Below, in pieces: positions 29,381 to 39,404 of a DNA stretch of 64,000 bases. Source of the stretch: an uncultured Enterobacterales bacterium (lineage in GTDB: Bacteria > Myxococcota_A > UBA796 > JAFGLY01). The translations under genes and the position numbers were made by a program. The notes under the pieces were generated by a model, which saw only the letters and a program-made list of their open reading frames with translations, was not told the DNA's origin and did not search any database. The stretch spans positions 291-64,290 of the forward strand of contig CAZEJJ010000010.1 in assembly GCA_964512185.1 (NCBI GenBank), in the 5' to 3' direction. Every line of letters begins with the position of its first letter. Within the stretch, counting starts at the first letter, position 1.

Positions 29381-30136
29381 ATGGAACTCACCGATGTCCG
29401 CGCCCTGGTCACCGGCGGCGCCAGCGGCATGGGGCGCTGCTTCGTGCAGCAGCTGCGCGCCGCCGGAGCCTCCACCTTCTTCTGTGACCTTTCCACCGAA
29501 GCTGTCGCCGCCACGGCGACGGAGCTGGACGTGCCGGGCGCCGTGGCCGACGTGTCGAGCGAAGGCGACGTGCGGAGGCTCTTCGCCCAGGCGCGCGACG
29601 CCCTGGGCGCTGGTGTCAACGTGCTCATCAACAACGCCGGCATCATCCGCGATGGCCTGCTGGTCAAGCGCGATCGCGACACGGGCGAGCTGCGCTGCTT
29701 GTCGAAGGAGCGCTGGGACCAGGTCATCGCAGTGAACCTCACCGGGCCCTTCCTGTGCATGCGCGAGTTCAGCCTGGGCTGCCTGCGGGACGGCATCCGC
29801 CCCGCGGTGGCGGTGAACATCAGCAGCGTGACCCGGGCCGGAAACATGGGCCAGAGCAACTACTCGGCCGCCAAGGCCGGCCTTGTGGCGGACACCACGC
29901 TGTGGGCCCGGGAGCTGGCGCGGCACGGGATCCGCGTGGCAGCGGTGGCCCCGGGGTACATCGCCACCCCCATGGTCAAGGCCATGCGCCCCGCAGTGCT
30001 GGAGAAGGTGCTCTCACCCGTGCCCCTGGGCAGGCTGGGCGAGCCCGAAGAGGTCTGGCACGCTGTGCGCTTCGCGCTGGAGTGCGAGTACTTCACCGGC
30101 CGGGTGCTGGAGGTGGACGGCGGGCTGCGCCTCTGA
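29381..30136 (+). CDS. SDR family reductase, PhaB/FabG-like (acetoacetyl-CoA reductase candidate)
   Basis: ALVTGGASGMG, NNAG, NISSV...YSAAKAG catalytic YxxxK; C-terminus PGYIATPMVKAMRPAVLEKV resembles PhaB. Confidence 0.8.
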   Translation: MELTDVRALVTGGASGMGRCFVQQLRAAGASTFFCDLSTEAVAATATELDVPGAVADVSSEGDVRRLFAQARDALGAGVNVLINNAGIIRDGLLVKRDRDTGELRCLSKERWDQVIAVNLTGPFLCMREFSLGCLRDGIRPAVAVNISSVTRAGNMGQSNYSAAKAGLVADTTLWARELARHGIRVAAVAPGYIATPMVKAMRPAVLEKVLSPVPLGRLGEPEEVWHAVRFALECEYFTGRVLEVDGGLRL

Positions 30137-30233
30137 TCCGCGCGCATGCTGTGTGCCCCCAGGCGAGCGCTCCGCAGGCGCATGGTGCGGGCGCAGGGGC
30201 GCCCTCACGGGGATCCTGGCGGATCTGGCTCTA

Positions 30234-30264
30234 GGGGCGGGTGTGCTCCCGCCCCCTGCTTTCC
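30234..30264 (+). terminator. GC-rich hairpin with weak U-tract, possible terminator of the PhaB-like gene
   Basis: GGGGCGGG-TGTGCT-CCCGCCCC followed by CTGCTTTCC. Confidence 0.35.
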
Positions 30265-30399
30265 GGCTTCGTGAGGGGCTGAACCCCTCTCCTGCCGGGC
30301 CCGACCGGCGGGGTGGCGGCGACGACAAGGGAGCGCTGAGTCATTCGTCGAGAGCTGGCCCCAGCCACGCAGGAACCACTCAGAGCGCGTCATTCGTGA

Positions 30400-30465
30400 C
30401 AGGAACCAGGTTGATATGATTACGTTTTTGAAGGCAAAAACGTAATCATATCAACCTGGTTCCTG
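30400..30465. repeat. Perfect 30-bp-arm inverted repeat with 6-nt spacer, AT-rich core
   Basis: cAGGAACCAGGTTGATATGATTACGTTTTT-GAAGGC-AAAAACGTAATCATATCAACCTGGTTCCTg; inner 44 bp is about 27 percent GC in a roughly 67 percent GC context. Confidence 0.9.
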
Positions 30466-30505
30466 CCCTGGTTCCTGCCCTGGTTCCTGCCCGCCTTGTT
30501 CCTGC
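30455..30505. repeat. Tandem 12-mer CCTGGTTCCTGC x3 plus one degenerate copy, abutting the right palindrome arm
   Basis: Exact copies at 30455, 30467 and 30479; degenerate CCGCCTTGTTCCTGC at 30491; same core (AGGAACCA) in opposite orientation at 30371 and 30401. Confidence 0.85.
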
Positions 30506-30577
30506 CCGCCCTACCCGCCTACGCGGGTTCCTACCCGTCGCGTACCCGGTGAGCAGCCCTCCATCGTCGCGCGGCGC

Positions 30578-31330
30578 TCAGAAAGCTGAGGCCACGTCGA
30601 AGATCTGCACGAAGTCCACGCCGTTGGCCTCGTCGCTGACGGTCAGGCTGATCTCGCCGCCCTCGATGAAGTACACCGAAGCCTCGGAGATGCTGCCCCA
30701 GACGCCATCCTCGTAGACGCCCCAGCTGTCGTAGGCCGCCACCACCGAGCCCTCGGGATCGGCGCTGATGCTGACCTCGAGCTCGCCGGCGATGCGCTCA
30801 CCTTCGGCATCCAGGGGGATGGCCACGAAGCTGACCTGGCTGCCCTCGTCCACCGAGGGCTGAGCCACCATGGGCTCCACGAACTCCTCGTCGCCTGGAG
30901 AGCGGATCCAGGTAACGGCGTCGAGGCTGGCGGGGGCCGCGAACTCCACGGTGATGTAGTCGAACACCGCCCCGTCCAGCTCGGTGGTGATGGTGTAGGT
31001 GCCTGCCTGCTCCACGGTGATGTCCAGCTCTTCGAGGACCTCGTCGTCGGCGTAGTACTCGAGGGTGACACCCTCGGAGGGAGAGACCGAGTGGCGGACG
31101 GTGGTGAGATCGCTGGCGCCGCGATCGCCCCTGTCGGTCAGCGAGAGGTAGATGCTCTGCCGGTGCATGGTGAGGATGGGTGTGTCGGTGATGTCCCCGT
31201 TCCCCGGGTCGTAGTCGGTGTACAGGGAGTAGCGGAGGTGGCCCAGCTCGCCGGTGCCGCGGGTGACGTCGAGGCAGGCGGTGGTGCCGAGCATGGCGAT
31301 GGTGGCGGCGGTGAGCATGGTGCGGTTCAT
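30578..31330 (-). CDS. Lipoprotein of unknown function
   Basis: ATG 31330 (MNRTMLTAATIAMLGTTAC lipobox) preceded by GGAG; acidic beta-rich sequence; high GC3. Confidence 0.7.
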   Translation of the reverse strand: MNRTMLTAATIAMLGTTACLDVTRGTGELGHLRYSLYTDYDPGNGDITDTPILTMHRQSIYLSLTDRGDRGASDLTTVRHSVSPSEGVTLEYYADDEVLEELDITVEQAGTYTITTELDGAVFDYITVEFAAPASLDAVTWIRSPGDEEFVEPMVAQPSVDEGSQVSFVAIPLDAEGERIAGELEVSISADPEGSVVAAYDSWGVYEDGVWGSISEASVYFIEGGEISLTVSDEANGVDFVQIFDVASAF

Positions 31331-31470
31331 GGGGGTCTCCTCGGGTCGAGCGTGTCCTTGTCCGTGCACTGGGAGAACACGCCAGGCCTGCAGTGTGGGA
31401 ACCCTGCGCAGACAAACCGTTCACGACCGCGGTTCGAAGACGGCGTCTTCCGCCCGCACCATGCTGGCCT

Positions 31471-31782
31471 TCATCCCCGAGTGGGTTGAGCGCCGCGCAC
31501 AAACGCTTCACGGAAGCTCTCGTACTCCTCCGCGAGGGGCCGGTATTTCCTGGTGCGGCGGTAGGCGCACACGGCGTCTTCGTAGACCTGGAGCCTGTCC
31601 TGGTCGGGCCACAGCGCCAGCAGGGCCACCTTGGCGGCCAGCAGCTCGTACCGGCCGATCAAGGGGCTGAACTCGGTGGCCTTGCTGCAGGCCAGGCCGA
31701 TGGCGGCGTGGCGGAGCCGGCGAGCGATCTCAGCGCCTTCGGCCCGCCGCGCTGCGCGCTCGCGCCGGGTCGCGCTGGACAT
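31471..31782 (-). CDS. Hypothetical protein (about 103 aa)
   Basis: C-terminal part of ORF 31471-32112 has strong GC3 bias from ATG 31782 (MSSATRRERAARR...); the upstream part of that ORF looks non-coding. Confidence 0.4.
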   Translation of the reverse strand: MSSATRRERAARRAEGAEIARRLRHAAIGLACSKATEFSPLIGRYELLAAKVALLALWPDQDRLQVYEDAVCAYRRTRKYRPLAEEYESFREAFVRGAQPTRG

Positions 31783-31818
31783 GGTCGCCACGAACCTGTT
31801 GCCGAGGACTTCGTTCTC

Positions 31819-32021
31819 ACAGCAGGCGACAGAACAGGCCGCCGCATGGCGGCCGGCCCGGATCGTAGCGAGGGCCAGCAGGCGCCAGGTGCAGCGTGCT
31901 CTGCGCAGTAGTGCCGGGTGAAGGCATATTATCGATATGTCGAGGTCGGCACTGCAAGCAGGGCGCGCTGCGGCGGCGAGCTGCTGGGTCGCAGTAGATT
32001 CGGGGTTCTGTCGCCTGCTGT
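31819..32021. repeat. 17-bp perfect inverted repeats bracketing a 169-bp non-coding segment
   Basis: ACAGCAGGCGACAGAAC (31819-31835) and GTTCTGTCGCCTGCTGT (32005-32021); interior has hairpin GGCCGCC-GCAT-GGCGGCC and the AT-rich centre GCATATTATCGATATG. Confidence 0.8.
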
Positions 32022-32093
32022 CAGGCTCTTCCATGGGTCCTCGCGGCGGGTGGGGCTGGAGGCATCCACTACCACGCCCGGTTGAGAGCGTGT

Positions 32094-32429
32094 TCACGGC
32101 GTTGTGCACCATGGCTCGGGTTCAGGACAAGCGCGCCCGCAGCTGCTCGACAGTCTTCGAAGGATCCAGGTAGTCCCGCAGCTTGCGGTCCACGTGGTCC
32201 TACCGATCTTTCGGGCGAAGAAGGGCACATCGACCCGTACGATCACGCGGCCTGGAGCCGCGGTGAAGGTGGCGCCGAGGCGGATTCCCTTGGTCTTGCC
32301 CGTGATGCGGAAGGCCTCGCCGCGCCAGGAGCCGCTCATGGCGTAGCGGGTGGACCAGTGCTCCGTCAGCGCATCGATCCTGGCGCGCGCTTCGTCGTCG
32401 CTGTGCCCATGGCCGTGCTCCATCTGCAT
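32094..32429 (-). CDS. PHA-granule-region (polyhydroxyalkanoic acid system) family protein, apparently frameshifted near 32198-32203
   Basis: N-terminus ...DEARARIDALTEHW...SWRGEAFRITGKTKGIRLGATFTAAPGRVIVRVDVPFFARKIG fits the family; the expected C-terminus DHVDRKLRDYLDPSKTVEQLRARLS is in another frame ending at 32122. Confidence 0.6.
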   Translation of the reverse strand: MQMEHGHGHSDDEARARIDALTEHWSTRYAMSGSWRGEAFRITGKTKGIRLGATFTAAPGRVIVRVDVPFFARKIGRTTWTASCGTTWILRRLSSSCGRACPEPEPWCTTP

Positions 32430-32499
32430 AGGGGGCTCTCTCCTGGCAGGGGCGGTGACCGCCTCAGCGGTCGGAGGCTGGGCTGGGCTGGGCTGGCGG

Positions 32500-34053
32500 C
32501 TAGCGGCCCTCTACGATGGCGTCGAAGCCTGCAGCCAGCAGCAGGTAGGCCTTGCCGGCGTCCAGGCCGCCCGTGTTGGTGTGGGTGGCGCCGATGAACA
32601 GGTCGGCCAGGCTGTCGCCGTCCACATCGCCGGGACCCGCCAGCGCGCGGCTGGCCAGGTCTCCCGAAGACTGCCCCAGCCAGCTCATGTCGGCGTCGGC
32701 CAGCTCCAGGCTGGAGCTGGCCTGCAGGCCGCTGCCCAGGACAAGGTAGGCCTTGCCAGCGTACTCACCGCCCTGATCGTTGTACATGGCGCCGATGAGC
32801 AGGTCGCTGAGGCCGTCGCCGTCCACATCTCCTGCATCTGCCACGGTCTGCCCCGCGCGGTCTTCGGCTTCTTCGCCGGTGAAGCTGTGGTCGGCGTAGG
32901 CCAGGCCGAGGCTGACCTGGTGGGTCAGGGTGGAGCCCAGCACGAGGTAGGCCTTCCCGGCGAGGTCTCCGCCGTCGTCGTTGCAGGGCGCACCCACCAG
33001 TAGATCGGCGAGCCCGTCGCCGTCCACGTCGCCCGTGCCGGCCACGCTCAGGCCAGCGGCGTCGCCGGTCCGCTCCCCGGAGAGGGAGGTGTCGGCCATG
33101 GCGAGGTCTCCGTCGGAGGCGCCGCCCAGGGTGTCACCCTGCAGCAGGTAGACCTTGCCCGCCTCGTCGCCGCTGTCGTTGTTGCCAAAGGCGCCGACGA
33201 GAACGTCGTTCAGACCATCGCCATCCACGTCTCCGGCCATGGCGGGGCTGAGGCCGGCGTTGTCGCCCTCGGTGACGCCCGAGAGGCTCAGATCTGCCGA
33301 GCCCAGAGGCAGGATCCCCGCCCCGTGGCGGGTGCCCAGGACCAGGTGCACGTAGCCGGTGGCGTAGCGCCCCACGGCCCCGATGAGCACGTCGTCCAGG
33401 CCGTCGCCGTTGACGTCACCGCCACCAGCCACGCTCACCCCTGCGCCGTAGGCGCCCTCTTCGCCCACGAAGGACCAGGCCGCCTGATCCAGGCCCACCG
33501 CGCTGCCCAGCGCCAGGTCCGCTCCGGCCAGCAGGTAGGCCTTGCCCGCCGAGCCGGCCCCGTCGTCGTTCCGGTATGCGCCCACCAGCAGGTCGGCGAG
33601 CCCGTCGCCGTCCACGTCGCCGGCCGCGGCCACAGCCCCGCCGGCGCCGTCGCCCGTGGCCTCGCCGGTGAAGACGACGCTGGCGTCGGACAGGTCCAGC
33701 GAAGATCGGCTGCCCACCTGGCCGCTGATCACGAGGTAGGCCCGGCCGGCGCCCACACCTCCGGCGTCGGCTCCAGGTGCGCCCACCAGTAGGTCGGCGA
33801 GCCCGTCGCCGTCCACGTCGCCTGCGGAGGAGACCGCGCCGCCGGCATAGTCGTGGGCCTCTTCGCCCACCAGGGCCAGATCGGCCAGGGCCAGGTCGAT
33901 GGCGTCCGGATCCACGGGTGGATCGCCGCTGTCGTCCGGTTCGCTGTCGCGCGGCCCGCTGTCCTGGGGCTTGTCGCCCTCGGGCAGCACGCCGCCCCGC
34001 GGGCAGCCTGCGGCGATCAGGCAGATGCCGGTTAGAAGTCGCCGTACATTCAT
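32500..34053 (-). CDS. FG-GAP repeat lipoprotein (beta-propeller type)
   Basis: 517 aa; lipobox LIAAGC; about 7 repeats of GDVDGDGLADLLVGA...GKAYL. Confidence 0.85.
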   Translation of the reverse strand: MNVRRLLTGICLIAAGCPRGGVLPEGDKPQDSGPRDSEPDDSGDPPVDPDAIDLALADLALVGEEAHDYAGGAVSSAGDVDGDGLADLLVGAPGADAGGVGAGRAYLVISGQVGSRSSLDLSDASVVFTGEATGDGAGGAVAAAGDVDGDGLADLLVGAYRNDDGAGSAGKAYLLAGADLALGSAVGLDQAAWSFVGEEGAYGAGVSVAGGGDVNGDGLDDVLIGAVGRYATGYVHLVLGTRHGAGILPLGSADLSLSGVTEGDNAGLSPAMAGDVDGDGLNDVLVGAFGNNDSGDEAGKVYLLQGDTLGGASDGDLAMADTSLSGERTGDAAGLSVAGTGDVDGDGLADLLVGAPCNDDGGDLAGKAYLVLGSTLTHQVSLGLAYADHSFTGEEAEDRAGQTVADAGDVDGDGLSDLLIGAMYNDQGGEYAGKAYLVLGSGLQASSSLELADADMSWLGQSSGDLASRALAGPGDVDGDSLADLFIGATHTNTGGLDAGKAYLLLAAGFDAIVEGR

Positions 34054-34187
34054 CCCACACCCCTCGGTCCTTGGGGTCCACTTTGACTCTACACGGAGGG
34101 GTGGTGGGTGTAAACCAGGAACAACCGGGAGGCGACGCTGCGCCCAGAACCCCCCGTTGTGTCCAGCGCGAAGCTCCGGGTATACAG

Positions 34188-35192
34188 ATGGGGATGTTCC
34201 TTCTTCCTGCCCTCGGTCTTGCCGTCCTCTTCGTCACATCGGCTGCCCCTGCCGGCGAAGCGGCGCAGCCTTTCGAGCTCCCCGAGGGCGAGGTCGTGGA
34301 GGACTGGGAGCCCATCCTGCGCGACGTGGGCCTGGTGGTGGGCTACGCCACCGACACGCCCCGTGCGCGGCTGCTGCGCCAGGGCAGCGGCTGCGAGCTG
34401 TGGGTGGCGCCGCCGGGTGCGCCGGAGATCATCGAGGCGGTCCCCTGCCCTGCCAGCCGGGCCGAACGTGAAGAGATCGCCGCGCTGGCGGTGGTGATGG
34501 CCCAGCCGCTGGTGCGGGCCAGGATCGGTCCCCCTCCACCGAGACCGGTGGTGGCGATCATCCCGCCCCCGGCTCCTGTGGTGGCGCTGGCGGAGGCCCC
34601 GCCAGCGGCCCTCGACGAGCCCGCCGAGCGCGCGTCCGAGCCGGCTCCGGTCGCGGAGCCGGCTCCGGTCGCCGTGACGGCGCCTGTCCAGCCCGAGTCG
34701 GAGCGGCCGCACGATGCCGGCGAGCAGGCTGGGGTACCCGCTGGGGAGATCCCACCGGCGGCCGGGCCTGGAGCCGAGCTGCCGTCGGAGGAGCCCGCTG
34801 TGCCACATGAAGGGGGAGCCTCCGCCGGAGCTCCCTCGGAGGTCCTGGCATCCGCCGACATCGATCCCGTGGGAGCCTTCGGGCCGATGTCCAACACCAC
34901 CTACTGGTCCGCTACTTGCACCACGACTGGATGCACGGCGCGTTTCAACCAGGCTTGCACGACCCCCGAGAGCTGCTCCACAGCTGAGGCCTGCCCCGAC
35001 ACCTGGTATCCCGACGTGGACCGTGATGGCTACGGCGATCTCGCCGGCTGTCGCCCGGCGCCCGGGTTCGCGATGTTCCCGTGGGTCCAGACCCTGGGTG
35101 ACTGTCACGACCGCCTCGTGATCGTTCATCCCGGCGCCGAGGAGATCATCGGAGATGGTCTCGACAACGACTGCGACGGCGTGGCGCGATGA
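34188..35192 (+). CDS. Secreted Pro/Ala-rich protein with C-terminal MopE-like Cys-rich motif
   Basis: ATG 34188 (MGMFLLPALGLAVLFV signal); Pro-rich linker; C-terminus DCHDRLVIVHPGAEEIIGDGLDNDCDG. Confidence 0.7.
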   Translation: MGMFLLPALGLAVLFVTSAAPAGEAAQPFELPEGEVVEDWEPILRDVGLVVGYATDTPRARLLRQGSGCELWVAPPGAPEIIEAVPCPASRAEREEIAALAVVMAQPLVRARIGPPPPRPVVAIIPPPAPVVALAEAPPAALDEPAERASEPAPVAEPAPVAVTAPVQPESERPHDAGEQAGVPAGEIPPAAGPGAELPSEEPAVPHEGGASAGAPSEVLASADIDPVGAFGPMSNTTYWSATCTTTGCTARFNQACTTPESCSTAEACPDTWYPDVDRDGYGDLAGCRPAPGFAMFPWVQTLGDCHDRLVIVHPGAEEIIGDGLDNDCDGVAR

Positions 35193-35274
35193 TCCTGTCT
35201 TCAGCTGTCACGAGAAGGATCCGAACAGGGGTCCGCTCCCACAAGCAGTGTGAAGAGCCCGGAGCGTTCACCTG

Positions 35275-35910
35275 ATGGCAGCACAACTTCCGCCTTGGGA
35301 TCCCGCCGATATCCAGGGAGCCGTCCAGGGCGATCCCCGCTCCTGGGACCGCCTGGCCCGCACCTGGGGCCCGGTGGTGCTGCGCTGGTGCAGCTTCATG
35401 GGCGGCGCCAAGGTGGATCCCGAAGACGCAGCACAGCAGGTCTTCGTGGTGGTCTGGCGCCGGCTCGATTCCCTCCGCGAGCCCAAGCGCTTCCCCTCCT
35501 GGCTGTTCGGCATCACGCGCCGGGTGCTGGCCGATCAACGTCGCAGCGCCTGGGCGCGGCGCTGGCTGCCCGGAGCCCGGCTGGAGCGCACCGACAACGC
35601 CCTGAGCCCAGAACGTCGTGTGGCCCAGACCGAGCTGGCCGTGCGCGTGGGCCAGGCCCTCGAGGAGCTCAGCTCCAAGCACCGCGAGGTGCTGATCCTC
35701 TGCGATCTGCAGGATCACACCGTGGCTGAAGCGGCCGAGATGCTCGACATCCGGCTCAACACCGCCAAGAGCCGCCTGATCCGGGCGCGGGTGCGCTTCG
35801 CCCACGCCGCTCGCCTGATGGGCCTCGACGCCAGCAGCGACGACGATCGGGTCGAGCTCGGCATCGAAGCCGAGGCGGCCACGGCCACGGCCACGGAGCG
35901 GCGGTCATGA
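35275..35910 (+). CDS. ECF-type sigma-70 family RNA polymerase sigma factor
   Basis: Region 2 (FPSWLFGITRRVLAD) and region 4 HTH (HREVLILCDLQDHTVAEAAEMLDIRLNTAKSRLIRAR). Confidence 0.88.
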   Translation: MAAQLPPWDPADIQGAVQGDPRSWDRLARTWGPVVLRWCSFMGGAKVDPEDAAQQVFVVVWRRLDSLREPKRFPSWLFGITRRVLADQRRSAWARRWLPGARLERTDNALSPERRVAQTELAVRVGQALEELSSKHREVLILCDLQDHTVAEAAEMLDIRLNTAKSRLIRARVRFAHAARLMGLDASSDDDRVELGIEAEAATATATERRS

Positions 35911-37043
35911 ACAAGCGCCGCTGGCTGCTGCATGTCTTCGAGCGGGCGCGGGAGCCCTCGCCCGAAGCCCAGGCGCGTCTGGGCAACGCGATCCGGCGAC
36001 AGACTCCCGACGGACGCAGCAGCCAGGCCCTGCTCGGGCAGCTCGACGCTCCTTCGGTCCAGGCCCAGGCCCGCCTGCAGGATCGCATCGCCGAGATCCC
36101 AGAGCGCTATCCACGCGGGGGTATCGCGCGGCCTGCGCGCACGGCCGGGCTCCTGGCCCTGGCTGGCGCCGCGGGTCTGGTGCTGCTCTCCCCGCTCTCC
36201 GATCCTCCGCTGACGCTCGAGCCGCTGGCCACCGCCCTGGAGCAGAGCGACACCCCCACCGACCTGGCCCCCTTCCCCGGTGTCTCCCTGGCCTACCACG
36301 ACGGCTACGGCGAGCTGGCGGGCACCACCCGCAGCCCGGAGATCCAGTGGGTGCACGGCCGCCTCGACGTGGAGGTGGAGCCCGAGCGGGGCATCGAGCT
36401 GGCCGTGCACACCGAAGAGGCCGACATCCGCGTGGTGGGCACCCGGTTCTCGGTCACGCGCGAAGACGCGCGCACCGTGGTGGCGGTGGAGCGCGGCAAG
36501 GTCGAGGTCAGCTGCAACGAGCACGACACGGTCCTGATCACCGCGGGCCAGAGCAAGGCCTGCGATCCGCGCACACCCGCGCGCCTGCTGCTGCGCGCCG
36601 ACCGGCTGCGCAAGCGCGGCGCCGAGCCCGACGAGGTGCTCGAGGTGGCCGAGCGGGGTCTGGCCCTGGCCCACACCGGCGACGCCGCCTGGAGCCACCT
36701 GCAGATCCTCTCGATGCTGGCCCTGGAGTCCGCCGGGCGCCAGGAACAGGCGCTGCAGCGCGCCGAGAGCTACCTGCAGGCAGGCCACGCGCGTCGCCGA
36801 GACGAGGTCCTGCGGCTGGCCATGGGTCTCAGTGAATCCCCCTGCCAGCTGGCGGCGGCGCACCGCGCCATGCTGGAGTCCGAACAGGCCCAGGCCGTGG
36901 ACCTGGTGCGCCTGTCGGACTGCATGGGTGCCGACGAGGGCGAGCAGGCCCGCCGCCTGCTCGTGCGCGCCCTGGCTGCCCCTGAGCTGGGCCCCACCGA
37001 GATCCAGCACCTGCAGCAGCGCCTGGATCGCCTGCGCCAGTAG
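35907..37043 (+). CDS. Anti-sigma factor candidate with FecR-like domain
   Basis: ATGA overlap with sigma gene stop; TM segment LLALAGAAGLVLL; VHTEEADIRVVGTRFSVTRE...VAVERGKVEV. Confidence 0.7.
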   Translation: MNKRRWLLHVFERAREPSPEAQARLGNAIRRQTPDGRSSQALLGQLDAPSVQAQARLQDRIAEIPERYPRGGIARPARTAGLLALAGAAGLVLLSPLSDPPLTLEPLATALEQSDTPTDLAPFPGVSLAYHDGYGELAGTTRSPEIQWVHGRLDVEVEPERGIELAVHTEEADIRVVGTRFSVTREDARTVVAVERGKVEVSCNEHDTVLITAGQSKACDPRTPARLLLRADRLRKRGAEPDEVLEVAERGLALAHTGDAAWSHLQILSMLALESAGRQEQALQRAESYLQAGHARRRDEVLRLAMGLSESPCQLAAAHRAMLESEQAQAVDLVRLSDCMGADEGEQARRLLVRALAAPELGPTEIQHLQQRLDRLRQ

Positions 37044-39221
<2,178 letters not shown>

Positions 39222-39309
39222 GGAAGCTCCTGGTCCTGTGCGCAACAGTATGCATCGAAACGCAGCATCGCCCTTGAAAAATCCCTGCGGTCTCGGGAGG
39301 GTTGGCAGA

Positions 39310-39376
39310 TTGCCGCATCGCAACATTTCCCCTTGACAGACATGCCGCGGTGCAGCAAGTTGTTGCAGCGCAGCAT
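39310..39376. promoter_or_regulatory. TTGC-N6-GCA(A/T) dyads and a TTGACA box upstream of the symporter-phaC operon (candidate PhaR operator/promoter)
   Basis: TTGCCGCATCGCAACAT (39310-39326), compare TTGCCGCGCTGCAACAT at 29071; TTGACA 39333-39338; TTGTTGCAGCGCAGCAT (39360-39376), compare TTGTTGCGGCACAGCAA at 29046. Confidence 0.45.
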
Positions 39377-39404
39377 TCACCCCTGCGGCAGCCCCGGAGA
39401 AGCC

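Noticed and set aside
30455-30505. CRISPR array
   Set aside because: The 12-nt units are directly abutting with no spacers, there are only 3-4 copies, and there are no cas genes.
32476-32495. (GGCTG)x4 pentanucleotide microsatellite
   Set aside because: It is short and simple, consistent with chance or slippage in GC-rich DNA, and no functional context is apparent.
34638-34673. 18-bp tandem duplication GAGCCGGCTCCGGTCGC(G/C)
   Set aside because: It lies inside the Pro/Ala-rich linker of the secreted protein (encoding EPAPVA twice). This is ordinary low-complexity expansion.
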